A DNA stretch of 64,000 bases from Acidimicrobiales bacterium (GTDB taxonomy: Bacteria > Actinomycetota > Acidimicrobiia > Acidimicrobiales > VFJN01): the NCBI GenBank assembly GCA_035697145.1, contig DASSDL010000149.1, positions 2,008 through 66,007 of the forward strand. Reading direction: 5' to 3'. A model generated the notes under the pieces. That model was not told the origin of the DNA. It worked only from the letters and a program-made list of their open reading frames with translations, and made no database searches. Position 1 is the first letter of the stretch. Each line of letters opens with the position of its first letter. A program made the translations under genes and the position numbers. This document shows positions 30,896-39,858 of the stretch, piece after piece.

Positions 30896-31870
30896 ATGAG
30901 TCAGCTTCGCCTCAATCCCCTCACGGGACGCTGGGTCGTGATCGCCGTCGACCGGGCCGCGCGTCCCGGCGACCTGATCTCGCCTCACCTCCCGGTCGAA
31001 GCCGATCCCGACCGGCCCTGCCCCTTCTGCCCCGGCCACGAGGAAGCCACGCCCCCGGCCCTGGAGACCTACGGCAAACAGGGCCAGTGGGTGGTGCGGG
31101 TCGTCCCCAACCGCTACCCGGCCTTCGAGGGCGACGAGCCGCTGCAGGTGCACAACCTGGGCCCGGTGTTCACGCAGGCCGACGGCAGCGGCATCCACGA
31201 GATCCTGGTGTTCTCGCCCGAGCACAGCACGGGCTTGGCCGACCTCGACGACGCCCAGGCGGCGGTGACCATGGCCGCAATCCGGGATCGTCTCGAGGAC
31301 CACGCGCAGAGGTCCTCGATCCGCTACACGCAGGTGATCGTCAACCATGGGCGCGAGGCCGGCGCGAGCCTCGTGCACCCGCACGGCCAGCTGCTCGGGA
31401 TCCCCTTCGTGCCCGGCGAGATCGCCGAAGAGGAAGCCGGGTTCCGCCGTTTCGAGGGATCGTGCCTGCTGTGCACCACCCTCGAGGCGGAGGAGGCCGT
31501 CGACCACCGGATCGTCCACGCCGACGAGCGCGTGATCGTCGTCTGCCCGTTCTGGTCGGGCACGCCGTACGAGATGCTGGTGCTGCCCCGCCACCACGAC
31601 GTCCACCTCACCGACGCGGCGCCGGCCGACGTCGCCGCCGTGGGTCGGGCCCTACGCACCGCGCTGGCCCGCCTGCGGGGATGTCTCGGCGACGTGGCCT
31701 ACAACGTCGTGTTCCACACCGCCCCGCACCGCCACTCGGGCCCGTTCCACTGGCATGTCCACGTGGTGCCGCGGGTGACGAGCGTGGCGGGATTCGAGCA
31801 GGGCACGGGCGTGATGATCGACATCGTCGCCCCCGAGCTCGCCGCCAGGCACCTCCGAGTCGTCGGCTAG
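30896..31870 (+). CDS. galT: galactose-1-phosphate uridylyltransferase-like (GalT/HIT superfamily)
   Basis: RLNPLTGRWVVIA..RA.RP, CPFCPGHE (Zn site), VVPNRYPAF and HPHGQLLGIPFVP (HxHxQ). TTG 30890 is an alternative start. Confidence 0.8.
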   Translation: MSQLRLNPLTGRWVVIAVDRAARPGDLISPHLPVEADPDRPCPFCPGHEEATPPALETYGKQGQWVVRVVPNRYPAFEGDEPLQVHNLGPVFTQADGSGIHEILVFSPEHSTGLADLDDAQAAVTMAAIRDRLEDHAQRSSIRYTQVIVNHGREAGASLVHPHGQLLGIPFVPGEIAEEEAGFRRFEGSCLLCTTLEAEEAVDHRIVHADERVIVVCPFWSGTPYEMLVLPRHHDVHLTDAAPADVAAVGRALRTALARLRGCLGDVAYNVVFHTAPHRHSGPFHWHVHVVPRVTSVAGFEQGTGVMIDIVAPELAARHLRVVG

Positions 31871-31883
31871 CGGGGACTTCGCC

Positions 31884-31981
31884 CCGAGGCAATGGCTCAC
31901 GTTCACCACTCCCGAGGCAATGACGAACGGAAACCGTTAGCCAAAGCCTCGGGCTCGCAGTTGCGTTCGTCATTGCCTCGG
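31884..31981. repeat. 98-nt compound inverted-repeat element, copy C
   Basis: Direct copies: CCGAGGCAATGGCTCACG (31884-31901) and CCGAGGCAATGACGAACG (31912-31929). Loop: GAAAC. Inverted copies: CGTTAGCCAAAGCCTCGG (31935-31952) and CGTTCGTCATTGCCTCGG (31964-31981). It lies between the convergent galT and rsmI 3' ends. Confidence 0.85.
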
Positions 31982-32012
31982 GTCGTCGGTCGCCCGGGGC
32001 ACCGGCCGCTTT

Positions 32013-32846
32013 CTACGATCCCGCCCCGGCCAGCCTCGTCGCCAGGTCGTAGACCCGACGGCGGGGCACGTCGAGGCGAGCCGCGACCGCGCGGGCGGCG
32101 TCACGAGCCGATGCCCCGGCCGCCAGCTCGTCCTGGAGCGCGTCGACCAGCGCGCCGTCGTCCGGTGGCTCGGGGGCCGGCGCGCCTTCGAGCACCACCA
32201 CGATCTCGCCCCGGGGGGCGGCCAGACGGACCCACGCGACCGCCTCGCCCAGCGAGCCCCGCCACACCTCCTCGTGCAGCTTGGTGAGCTCGCGGGCCAC
32301 GGCCACCCGGCGGTCGGCGCCGCACGCGCCCAGCAGGTCGCCCATCGTCCGGGCCAGCCGGTGCGGCGCCTCGTACAGGACCACCGTGCGGGGCTCGGCA
32401 GCCACCGCCGCCAGCCGTTCCGCACGCCCCGAGCCCTTGCGGGGCAGGAACCCCTCGAACACGAAGCGGCCAGCCGCCAGCCCGCTCGTGACCAGCGCCG
32501 CCAACGCTGCCGATGGACCGGGGACCACCTCCACGTGGTACCCGGCGGCGACGGCCGCCCGCACGAGGCGCTCGCCGGGGTCCGAGATGCCGGGCATGCC
32601 GGCGTCGGACACGACCGCCACGCGCTCGCCGCGGCCCAGACGGGCGAGCACGCCGGGAACCTCGCGGTCCTCCGTGTGCTCGTTGACCACCACCAGGGGC
32701 GGTCGCTCCACCCCGGCGTGCTGGAGCAGCCGTCCGGTCCGGCGAGTGTCTTCGCAGCAGATGGCGTCGGCCGAGTGCAGCGCGTCGACAGCCCGTGGTG
32801 GGAGGTCACCGAGGTTCCCGATGGGCGTGCCCACCAGCACGAGCAC
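32013..32846 (-). CDS. rsmI: 16S rRNA (cytidine1402-2'-O)-methyltransferase
   Basis: LVLVGTPIGNLGDLPPRAVDALHSADAICCEDTRRTGRLL...VSDAGMPGISDPG...FEGFLPRK is canonical RsmI. The GTG start at 32846 is chosen because the upstream part of the 396-aa ORF overlaps the DUF192 gene. The listed 31970..32809 ORF is the wrong frame. Confidence 0.88.
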   Translation of the reverse strand: MLVLVGTPIGNLGDLPPRAVDALHSADAICCEDTRRTGRLLQHAGVERPPLVVVNEHTEDREVPGVLARLGRGERVAVVSDAGMPGISDPGERLVRAAVAAGYHVEVVPGPSAALAALVTSGLAAGRFVFEGFLPRKGSGRAERLAAVAAEPRTVVLYEAPHRLARTMGDLLGACGADRRVAVARELTKLHEEVWRGSLGEAVAWVRLAAPRGEIVVVLEGAPAPEPPDDGALVDALQDELAAGASARDAARAVAARLDVPRRRVYDLATRLAGAGS

Positions 32847-32869
32847 GCCGTCAGTTCGATCCCCGTTTC

Positions 32870-33199
32870 TCACCCCTTGACCTCGAGCTCGTCGCCCGGG
32901 CGCAGGTGCCAGCGGTCGAACGACCCCGCCTCCGCTTCGATCACGGCGCGCGAGCGCCACACGACCCGGGACACGCGGTGGCGCGGCATCCGCACGACCC
33001 GGAGGACGCGCAGGTCGGCGTCGCAGAACGCCACGTCTATGGGGAACCGCATGCCCAGCGTGTGCACGGAACGCGCAGGACGTAGCAGCAGCGCGCCGTC
33101 GACGCTGTCCCGCCCGAGCAGGCCTCGCCGCCGTTCCTGGCGCGACTCCGCCAACTCGAGGCTGGCCAGCACCTCGCCATCTCGAAGCAACCATGCCAC
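32870..33199 (-). CDS. DUF192-family protein
   Basis: 109 aa. ELAESRQERRRGLLGRDSVDGALLLRPARSVHTLGMRFPIDVAFCD matches the DUF192 pattern as I remember it. Confidence 0.6.
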   Translation of the reverse strand: MAWLLRDGEVLASLELAESRQERRRGLLGRDSVDGALLLRPARSVHTLGMRFPIDVAFCDADLRVLRVVRMPRHRVSRVVWRSRAVIEAEAGSFDRWHLRPGDELEVKG

Positions 33200-33244
33200 G
33201 CAATCATCATGCCGCCCCGCGGCGCCGGTGCCCCAGTGGGCGCA

Positions 33245-34321
33245 CTAGACGGCGAAGCGGATCTCGAGCACGTCGCCGTCGGCGACCTCGTAGTCCTTGC
33301 CCTCGACCCGGAGTTTGCCGACCTCGCGGGCCTTCGACCACGAGCCGATCTCCACCAGGTCGTCCCAGTGGATCACCTCGGCCCGGATGAAGCCCTTCTC
33401 GAAGTCGGTGTGGATCACTCCTGCGCACTGCGGCGCCTTCCAGCCGGCCCGGAAGGTCCACGCCCTGCTCTCCTTCTCGCCGGTGGTGAAGAAGGTGCGC
33501 AGGCCCAGCAGGTGGTAGGCGGCGCGGACGAACCGGGGCAGCGCACCTTCCCCCAGCCCCAGGGCCTCGAGCACCTCGCCCCGCTCGTCAAGATCGAGCT
33601 GGGCCGCCTCGGCCTCGAGCTGCACGCACATGCCCAGGACTTCCGCCCTTCCGGCCAGCTCGGCCTCGACGGGGCCGACCACTGCGGCGACGTCGCCGAG
33701 CTGCTCCTCGCCCAGGTTGACCACCGCCAGCACGGCGCGGTTGGTGAGCAGGAAGTAGGGCCGCAGGAGCGTCCGCTGCGTGGCGTCGAGGTCGCTGCGG
33801 TAGAGCGGCGTGCCGGCGGCCAGCGCCGCCTCGGCGGCGTCGAGGGCGGCGACCTCGTCGGCCAGCGCCCGGTCGGACTTGGCCGCCTTGCGGCGCTTGG
33901 CGATCTGGTTCTCCACCGACTCGAGGTCGGCCAGGGTGAGCTCCAGCTCGAGGACCCGCAGGTGCTCGAGCGGATCGTGGGGGCCGGGAATCTCGTCGTC
34001 GGTGAACGCCCGAAGCACGTAGACGACGGCATCGACCTCGCGGATGTTGGCCAGGAAGCGGTTGCCGAGCCCCTCGCCCTTGCTGGCCCCTTCGACCAGG
34101 CCGCCGATGTCGACGAATTGCACCTGGGCAGCAACCACGTTGCGGCTGGCCGACATGGTGGCGAGGGCGTCCAAGCGCCGGTCGAGCACTTTGGCCACAC
34201 CTACATTGGGGTCGCGGGTTGCGAACGCGTACGGCGCAGCGAGGGCACCGCCCCCAGCGAGGGCGTTGTAGAGCGACGACTTGCCCGCGTTGGGGAGGCC
34301 CACGAACCCGAACCGTTCCAT
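33245..34321 (-). CDS. ychF: redox-regulated ATPase YchF
   Basis: MERFGFVGLPNAGKSSLYNAL (P-loop), FVDIGGLVEGASKGEGLGNRFL, and the C-terminal TGS-like GFIRAEVIHWDDLV...GKDYEVADGDVLEIRF. Confidence 0.92.
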   Translation of the reverse strand: MERFGFVGLPNAGKSSLYNALAGGGALAAPYAFATRDPNVGVAKVLDRRLDALATMSASRNVVAAQVQFVDIGGLVEGASKGEGLGNRFLANIREVDAVVYVLRAFTDDEIPGPHDPLEHLRVLELELTLADLESVENQIAKRRKAAKSDRALADEVAALDAAEAALAAGTPLYRSDLDATQRTLLRPYFLLTNRAVLAVVNLGEEQLGDVAAVVGPVEAELAGRAEVLGMCVQLEAEAAQLDLDERGEVLEALGLGEGALPRFVRAAYHLLGLRTFFTTGEKESRAWTFRAGWKAPQCAGVIHTDFEKGFIRAEVIHWDDLVEIGSWSKAREVGKLRVEGKDYEVADGDVLEIRFAV

Positions 34322-34362
34322 CGCTTTCGAGGGTACTGACGCGGCGCCGGTAGCTTGCACCC

Positions 34363-35040
34363 ATGGAGCGGGAGATCGTCGTCCGGGGAAGGGGTGAGGC
34401 GCGCGCCCTCCCTGACCGGGCGAGCCTGCGGGTCGAGGTCACGGCCGACCACAAGACCCAGGAAGCGGCCTACGAGGCCCGCACCAAGCTTGCGGCCCAG
34501 GTCGACGGCGTGCTCGACCGGCACGCCGACGCCATCGACCGCGCCACCATCGCGTCCCTCGTCGTGCAGCCGCGCATCCGTTGGCACGGCGGCGAGGACA
34601 TTCACACCGGGTGGCGCGCCAGCCGCACATCGCTCGTCGACATTGTCGAGCTCGACGCGCTGGGCGACGTCATGACGGGGTTGGTTGACGCGGGGGCCGC
34701 CGTGCAGGGCCCGCAATGGTCGCTGGCACCCTCCAATCCCGCCTACGACCAGGCCCGGCGGGCAGCCGCCGAGGACGCCCGGCGCCGTGCCGGGGCCTAC
34801 GCCACCCCGTTGGGGCTGTCGCTCGGAGCGGTGACCTGGGTGGCCGAGCCGGGTCTGCGCGGCGGTCCCACACCGTTGCCCGGCCAGGCGAGAGCCATCG
34901 CCCTGGCGGCCTCCGCGCCCGGGGAGGCCGAAACGGAGCCCGAGAGCGAGAATCTGGCTCCCGCGGAGATGACCGTTCGGGTCGACGTGGAGGTCGCATT
35001 CGCCATTCTCGATGCAGCCGGCCAGCCCGACCTCGACTGA
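34363..35040 (+). CDS. SIMPL (DUF541) domain protein
   Basis: REIVVRGRGEARALPDRASLRVEV...AYDQARRAAAEDARRRAGAYATPLGLSLGAV fits the SIMPL/26-kDa periplasmic immunogenic protein pattern. Confidence 0.6.
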   Translation: MEREIVVRGRGEARALPDRASLRVEVTADHKTQEAAYEARTKLAAQVDGVLDRHADAIDRATIASLVVQPRIRWHGGEDIHTGWRASRTSLVDIVELDALGDVMTGLVDAGAAVQGPQWSLAPSNPAYDQARRAAAEDARRRAGAYATPLGLSLGAVTWVAEPGLRGGPTPLPGQARAIALAASAPGEAETEPESENLAPAEMTVRVDVEVAFAILDAAGQPDLD

Positions 35041-35048
35041 TCCCCACC

Positions 35049-36077
35049 GTGACCGGCGCCCCCATCCACCCGGCCGACGCCCTCGACCGCATCGTCTACC
35101 TGCTCGACCGGGCGCTGGCCGAGCCCACCAAGGTGAGGGCGTTCGCCCGGGCCCGCGACGTGGTGCTCGACCGCGGCGAGGACGAGATCGCCCGCCTCCA
35201 CGCCGCCGGCAAGCTCACCGAGCTCCCGGGCGTGGGGCCGACCACGGCCAAGGTGATCACCGAGGCGCTCGACGGCGAGGTGCCCGGATACCTGGCCCAC
35301 CTCGAGGAGGAGACGGTCATCCCGGTGGGCGAAGGCGCCGACGTACGGGTGGCGCTGCGGGGCGACTGCCACACGCACTCGACGTGGTCGGATGGCGGGG
35401 CGCCCATCGAGAGGATGGCCCGCACCGCCATCACCCTGGGCCACGAGTACATGGTGCTGACCGACCACTCGCCGCGGCTGACCGTCGCCCACGGGCTGAC
35501 GGCCGAGCGGCTGCTGGCCCAACTCGACGAGGTGGCCGAGCTCAACGAGCGCCTGACGCCGTTCCGCATCCTCACCGGCATCGAGGTCGACATCCTGGAG
35601 GACGGGGCCCTCGACCAGCGCGACGACCTGCTGGCCCGGCTCGACGTGGTGGTGGCGAGCGTGCACTCCAAGCTTCGGATGGAGGCACGAGAGATGACCC
35701 GCCGCATGGTGCGGGCGATCGCCAGTCCCCATGTCGACATCCTCGGCCATTGCACCGGGCGCAAGCTGCTGGGGCGGGGGCGCCCGCCGTCGCAGTTCGA
35801 CGCCGACGTGGTGTTCGCCGCCTGCAAGCAGTTCGACACCGCCCTCGAGATCAACTGCCGGCCCGAGCGCCAAGACCCACCCGACGAGCTGCTCGACCAG
35901 GCCATCGACTGGGGGCTGCGCTTCGCCGTCGACACCGACGCCCACGCGCCGGGCCAGATGGAATGGCAGACCTACGGTTGTGACAAGGCAGCTCGGGCGG
36001 GCATCGAGCCCGAGCGGATCGTGAACACCCTGCCCGCGGACGGCCTGGTCGCCTGGGCCGCGGGCCACGCGGACTGA
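35049..36077 (+). CDS. PHP-domain phosphoesterase with N-terminal helix-hairpin-helix region (PolX C-terminal-like)
   Basis: LTELPGVGPTTAKVI (HhH), GDCHTHSTWSDGG (PHP HxH motif), MVLTDHSP, EVDIL, SVHS and VDTDAH. The GTG 35049 start follows the SIMPL gene stop. Confidence 0.75.
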   Translation: MTGAPIHPADALDRIVYLLDRALAEPTKVRAFARARDVVLDRGEDEIARLHAAGKLTELPGVGPTTAKVITEALDGEVPGYLAHLEEETVIPVGEGADVRVALRGDCHTHSTWSDGGAPIERMARTAITLGHEYMVLTDHSPRLTVAHGLTAERLLAQLDEVAELNERLTPFRILTGIEVDILEDGALDQRDDLLARLDVVVASVHSKLRMEAREMTRRMVRAIASPHVDILGHCTGRKLLGRGRPPSQFDADVVFAACKQFDTALEINCRPERQDPPDELLDQAIDWGLRFAVDTDAHAPGQMEWQTYGCDKAARAGIEPERIVNTLPADGLVAWAAGHAD

Positions 36078-36194
36078 CGTTCCTGGCGCAGACGTGGTTG
36101 CCGAGCAACCAACTCGGGGCCCAGAACCGCCAGCGCGTCGGCACGACACACCCTCGACCTCTACTTCAGGTCGAAGGGCAACGTCGGGCCTGCG

Positions 36195-36234
36195 CCTTGA
36201 CGGCCTTGCCTTGACGGCCTTGCACCGCTATCGT
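36195..36234 (+). promoter_or_regulatory. tandem 14-nt direct repeat plus candidate promoter for a near-leaderless antitoxin mRNA
   Basis: CCTTGACGGCCTTG occurs twice in tandem (36195-36208 and 36209-36222). TTGCCT (36206-36211), a 17-nt spacer and TATCGT (36229-36234) form the candidate promoter. The ATG at 36242 is only 7 nt after the -10 hexamer. Confidence 0.4.
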
Positions 36235-36241
36235 GGAGCCC

Positions 36242-36802
36242 ATGAACGGTCGCACCACGGCCGCCACCAGGACCGACGCCGCCTACGTGGATCGGGTCTC
36301 GTCTCGGGTCAGCGAGGAGCTGGCCCGCCGGGTCGACACCCTGCGCCGCAACGGCCACAAGGCGGCCGACCTGGGCGATCCCGACGAGCTCGCCGCCCGC
36401 ATGCTGGCGGCGGTCCCGGCGCCGTCGCCCTGGCGCGATCTCGGGCCGTTCTACAGCACGTCGGGCCTGGCCCGGGTGCTCGGCGGCGTGAGCCGACAAG
36501 CAATCGAGGAACGGCGCCGGCGCCGCACGATCCTGGCGTTGCGCACCGCCGACGGCGTGTGGGTGTACCCGGCCTTCCAGCTCGACGACCGCAACCGGGT
36601 GGTGCGGGGCTTGTCCCAGGTGCTGGAGCGGTTCCACCCCGAGACTCCCGACGACGAGTGGATGGTCGCCGCCTTCGTCGCCGCGTCCCAACCGGGGCTC
36701 GACGACCGCTCGATCGTGGAGCACCTCCGCTCGGGGGGCGACCTGGCCCCGGTCTTGGCCCTGACCAGCGAGCGCGCCCGGCAGTGGGCCGTCGGAGCGT
36801 GA
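36242..36802 (+). CDS. Xre/MbcA/ParS-type antitoxin (C-terminal DUF2384-like toxin-binding domain)
   Basis: The C-terminal WMVAAFVAASQPGLDDRSIVEHLRSGGDLAPVLALT resembles the DUF2384 motif. It sits directly upstream (26-nt gap) of a RES-domain gene. GTG 36233 is an alternative start. Confidence 0.65.
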   Translation: MNGRTTAATRTDAAYVDRVSSRVSEELARRVDTLRRNGHKAADLGDPDELAARMLAAVPAPSPWRDLGPFYSTSGLARVLGGVSRQAIEERRRRRTILALRTADGVWVYPAFQLDDRNRVVRGLSQVLERFHPETPDDEWMVAAFVAASQPGLDDRSIVEHLRSGGDLAPVLALTSERARQWAVGA

Positions 36803-36828
36803 CGGCGTCGTAGTCTCGTCGCCAGTTC

Positions 36829-37512
36829 GTGATCCTGGCAGCACTCATCGTGAACTCCGACGCGCCCGCAGACGCCAAGCATCCCGTCAGCATCCGCCAG
36901 GCCCTGGCCCTCCGACTCCCGCCGGCCGCCGACGACCTGGCCGGCTTCCCGGTGTGGCACGCGCATGGCGGCACCACGCTCTTCCGCGTCACGACTTCGG
37001 GCTACGGGCCCTGGTGGTTCTCGAGCGACGGCGCCGGGCGCTTCGACCTCGCCCCACCGCGGGGCACCTGCTACCTGGCCGACGACGAGATGGGCGCGCT
37101 GCTGGAGGTGTTCGGACCGGTGGCCGTCGTCAGCGCCGACTGGGCCAAGCGCTTCAGCATCTGGCAGCTGGGCCTGCCCGACCAGTGCAGCGCCGCAGAC
37201 ACCACCGTCCGGGCCGCCCGGGGCTTCGGCGTGACGGCCGAGCTGGCCACGATGACCCCGTACGACCTGCCGCAACGCTGGGCGGCTGCGTTCGCCGCCG
37301 CCGGGTACCAGGGCGTGCGCTACCGGGTCCGGCACGATCCCGGCGGCAGCCGGGCGCTGGCACTCTTCGGCGCCGCCGGCGAGCGCAGGCGCTGGCCGCG
37401 GGGCCGTCGCCAGGACGTCGACGACGACGTGCTGGAGCGGCTGGCGGACCAGACCGGGCTGCGCGTCGCGGTGATCCCCGACGCCGCCGACCTCGGTGAG
37501 CTCCTGGACTGA
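36829..37512 (+). CDS. RES-domain toxin (NAD+-degrading MbcT/ParT-like family)
   Basis: LFRV...GRFDLAPPRGTCYLADDEMGALLEVFG...GYQGVRYRVRHDPGGSRALALFG shows the Arg, Glu and Ser containing blocks of the RES domain in the expected order. The size is about 227 aa. Confidence 0.7.
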   Translation: MILAALIVNSDAPADAKHPVSIRQALALRLPPAADDLAGFPVWHAHGGTTLFRVTTSGYGPWWFSSDGAGRFDLAPPRGTCYLADDEMGALLEVFGPVAVVSADWAKRFSIWQLGLPDQCSAADTTVRAARGFGVTAELATMTPYDLPQRWAAAFAAAGYQGVRYRVRHDPGGSRALALFGAAGERRRWPRGRRQDVDDDVLERLADQTGLRVAVIPDAADLGELLD

Positions 37513-37559
37513 CGCCGAGGTTGATAGTCCCCGCGGACGCCCCGGTAACCTGCCCGGCC

Positions 37560-37646
37560 ATGTCGAAGCGCACCGTCAAGCGCAAGATCCGGGCCCGCCG
37601 CAAGAAGGCCAACCACGGCCGCAAGCCCAACACCGGCCGCGGCTGA
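37560..37646 (+). CDS. 28-aa highly basic peptide resembling actinobacterial 50S ribosomal protein bL37
   Basis: ATG 37560...TGA 37644-37646 encodes MSKRTVKRKIRARRKKANHGRKPNTGRG. It is too short for the ORF track. The RRKKANHG(K/R)(K/R)PN core matches my recollection of bL37. Confidence 0.55.
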   Translation: MSKRTVKRKIRARRKKANHGRKPNTGRG

Positions 37647-37670
37647 GCTCGCCCGCTCCCTGCGGTCCCC

Positions 37671-39815
37671 ATGGCGGCGCCGGAACCCGAGCCGGCCGGG
37701 CCACCGGCCGCCGCAGCGCCGCCCGGCGCGCGGCGGGACGACGTGGTCGACGTCGTCCACGGCGTCGAGGTGGCCGACCCCTACCGCTGGCTCGAGGACG
37801 GCGACGCGGCCGACACGCGGGGGTGGGTGGCGGAGCAGAACAGCCACACCCGGGCCGTCCTGGATGCCCTGCCCGGGCGCGCCGGCTTGGCGGACCGGTT
37901 CGCCGAGCTGTTCGGAGCCGGCACCGCGGGGGCGCCGTCGATCCGGGGGCACCAACTGTTCTCGCTGGACCGCTGGGGCGACCACGAGCAGGCCGTGCTG
38001 GTCGTCCGCAGCCTCGACGGCTCGCCGGACCCGCGAACCCTGCTCGATCCCCACCGCCTGACGGGCGACGCCACCACCTCCCTCGACTGGTACGCGCCCT
38101 CCGTCGACGGCGGCCTGGTGGCCTTCGGCATCTCGGCAGGCGGCGACGAGCGCAGCACGCTCGGCGTCCTGGACGTGGCGACGGGTGAGCGGCTGGCCGA
38201 CACGATCCCCTTCACGCGCGCCGCCTCGGTGGCGTGGGCGCCCGACGGCCGCGCCTTCGCCTACACCCGCAACCCCGACCCGGCGGCCGTCGGCGAGGAC
38301 GAGTCCAACTATCACCGCACCGTCTGGTGGCACGCCCTGGGCGACAACCCGGGACACGACGAGTTGGTCTGGGGCGATCTGCCCGACAAGACCGCCTGGC
38401 CGTCGGTCGAGCTGTCCCGCGACGGCCGCTGGCTGCTGATCGAGGTCGCGCTGGGCTGGACTCGGGTGGACGTCCACCTCATCGACCGGACGACCGGGCA
38501 ACGCACGACCGTGATCGAGAACGTCGAGGCGCTGTCATCGTTCACGGTGGTGGGCGACCGGCTCGTCGGCCACACGACGCTGGACGCCCCGCGGGGTCGG
38601 GTCGTCACCGCGCCCCTGCGAACCCCCACCCCGGAGCACTGGCGCACCGTGGTGCCGGAGTCCGACGACGTCATCCAGGGCGTCGCGGTGACCGAGCGCT
38701 CGCTGCTGGTGGCGTCCACCCGGGCGGCGGTGTCCCGGCTCCGTCACCTGCCCCTCCCGGTCGACAAGGCCGAGGGCTCGGGAGCGCCGGCCGATGGCCC
38801 ACCGCCGGCCGAGATCGCCCTACCCGAGCCGGGGTCACTGGTCGGCATCGCCGGTGACCGCGAGGGCGACACCGCGGTCGTCGCCTTCACCTCATGGACC
38901 CGACCGTCGGCGCTGTGGCGTTGGCGGCCCGGCGAGGAGCTCGGGCCATGGAGCGACCTGCCGTCGCCGGTCGATCCGAACCGGTACCGGGCCGAGGTCG
39001 AGACCTACCCCTCGACCGACGGCACGCGGATCACCCTGTTCACGGTCCGCCGCACCGACGTCGAGCCGGGGCCGGACACGGCGACGCTGCTGACGGGGTA
39101 CGGCGGGTTCGCCGTCACCATGAGCCCCGGCTACAGCCCGGCCGCGGTGGCGGTTGCCGACGACGGCGGCGTCTTCGCCGTGGCCGGCATCCGCGGCGGC
39201 GCCGAGGAGGGCGAGGACTGGCACCGCGCCGGCATGCGCGAGCGCAAGCAGCGGGTGTTCGACGACTTCGCCGCCGCAGCCGACTTCCTGGTCGACGCCG
39301 GCCGGACGTCCCGGGACCGCCTCGCGATCCGCGGCGGCAGCAACGGCGGCCTGCTGGTCGCCGCCAGCGAGACCCAGCGCCCCGACCTGTGCCGGGCGGT
39401 CGTGTGCGCGGTACCGCTGACCGACATGGTCCGCTTCCCCCGGTTCCTCATCGCCCGCCTGTGGACGCCCGAGTACGGCGATCCGGACGTGGCCGCCGAG
39501 TTCGCCTGGTTGTGGGCCTACTCGCCCTACCACCGCCTGGTCGAGGGGACCTGCTACCCGGCGACGCTGGTCCTGACCGGGGAGGACGACAGCCGCGTCG
39601 ATCCCGCCCATGCCCGCAAGTTCGCGGCCGCCCTGCAGTGGGCGACCTCGTGCGGCGACCTGCGTCCCGTTCTGGTGCGGGTGGAGGCCCGGGCCGGGCA
39701 CGGCCAAGGCAAGCCGACCTCGAAGCAGGCCGACGAGGCCGCCGACGTCCACGCCTTCCTGCGCTGGCAGCTCGGGATGCAGCTAGTGCCCAGGACTCCG
39801 CGCGTAGCGCCCTAG
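37671..39815 (+). CDS. prolyl oligopeptidase family (S9A) serine peptidase
   Basis: DPYRWLED at the N-terminus, a beta-propeller region, then the catalytic domain with [13 protein letters not shown] (Ser), GEDDSRVDP (Asp) and AGHGQG (His). Confidence 0.88.
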   Translation: MAAPEPEPAGPPAAAAPPGARRDDVVDVVHGVEVADPYRWLEDGDAADTRGWVAEQNSHTRAVLDALPGRAGLADRFAELFGAGTAGAPSIRGHQLFSLDRWGDHEQAVLVVRSLDGSPDPRTLLDPHRLTGDATTSLDWYAPSVDGGLVAFGISAGGDERSTLGVLDVATGERLADTIPFTRAASVAWAPDGRAFAYTRNPDPAAVGEDESNYHRTVWWHALGDNPGHDELVWGDLPDKTAWPSVELSRDGRWLLIEVALGWTRVDVHLIDRTTGQRTTVIENVEALSSFTVVGDRLVGHTTLDAPRGRVVTAPLRTPTPEHWRTVVPESDDVIQGVAVTERSLLVASTRAAVSRLRHLPLPVDKAEGSGAPADGPPPAEIALPEPGSLVGIAGDREGDTAVVAFTSWTRPSALWRWRPGEELGPWSDLPSPVDPNRYRAEVETYPSTDGTRITLFTVRRTDVEPGPDTATLLTGYGGFAVTMSPGYSPAAVAVADDGGVFAVAGIRGGAEEGEDWHRAGMRERKQRVFDDFAAAADFLVDAGRTSRDRLAIRGGSNGGLLVAASETQRPDLCRAVVCAVPLTDMVRFPRFLIARLWTPEYGDPDVAAEFAWLWAYSPYHRLVEGTCYPATLVLTGEDDSRVDPAHARKFAAALQWATSCGDLRPVLVRVEARAGHGQGKPTSKQADEAADVHAFLRWQLGMQLVPRTPRVAP

Positions 39816-39858
39816 CCGTACCACCGGTGGAATCAGTCGTGGATAGCCTGCCGTCGCC

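Noticed and set aside
31970-32809. 279-aa minus-strand ORF overlapping rsmI in another frame.
   Set aside because: Its composition is Trp/Arg/Pro-rich junk, while the alternative frame gives canonical RsmI motifs.
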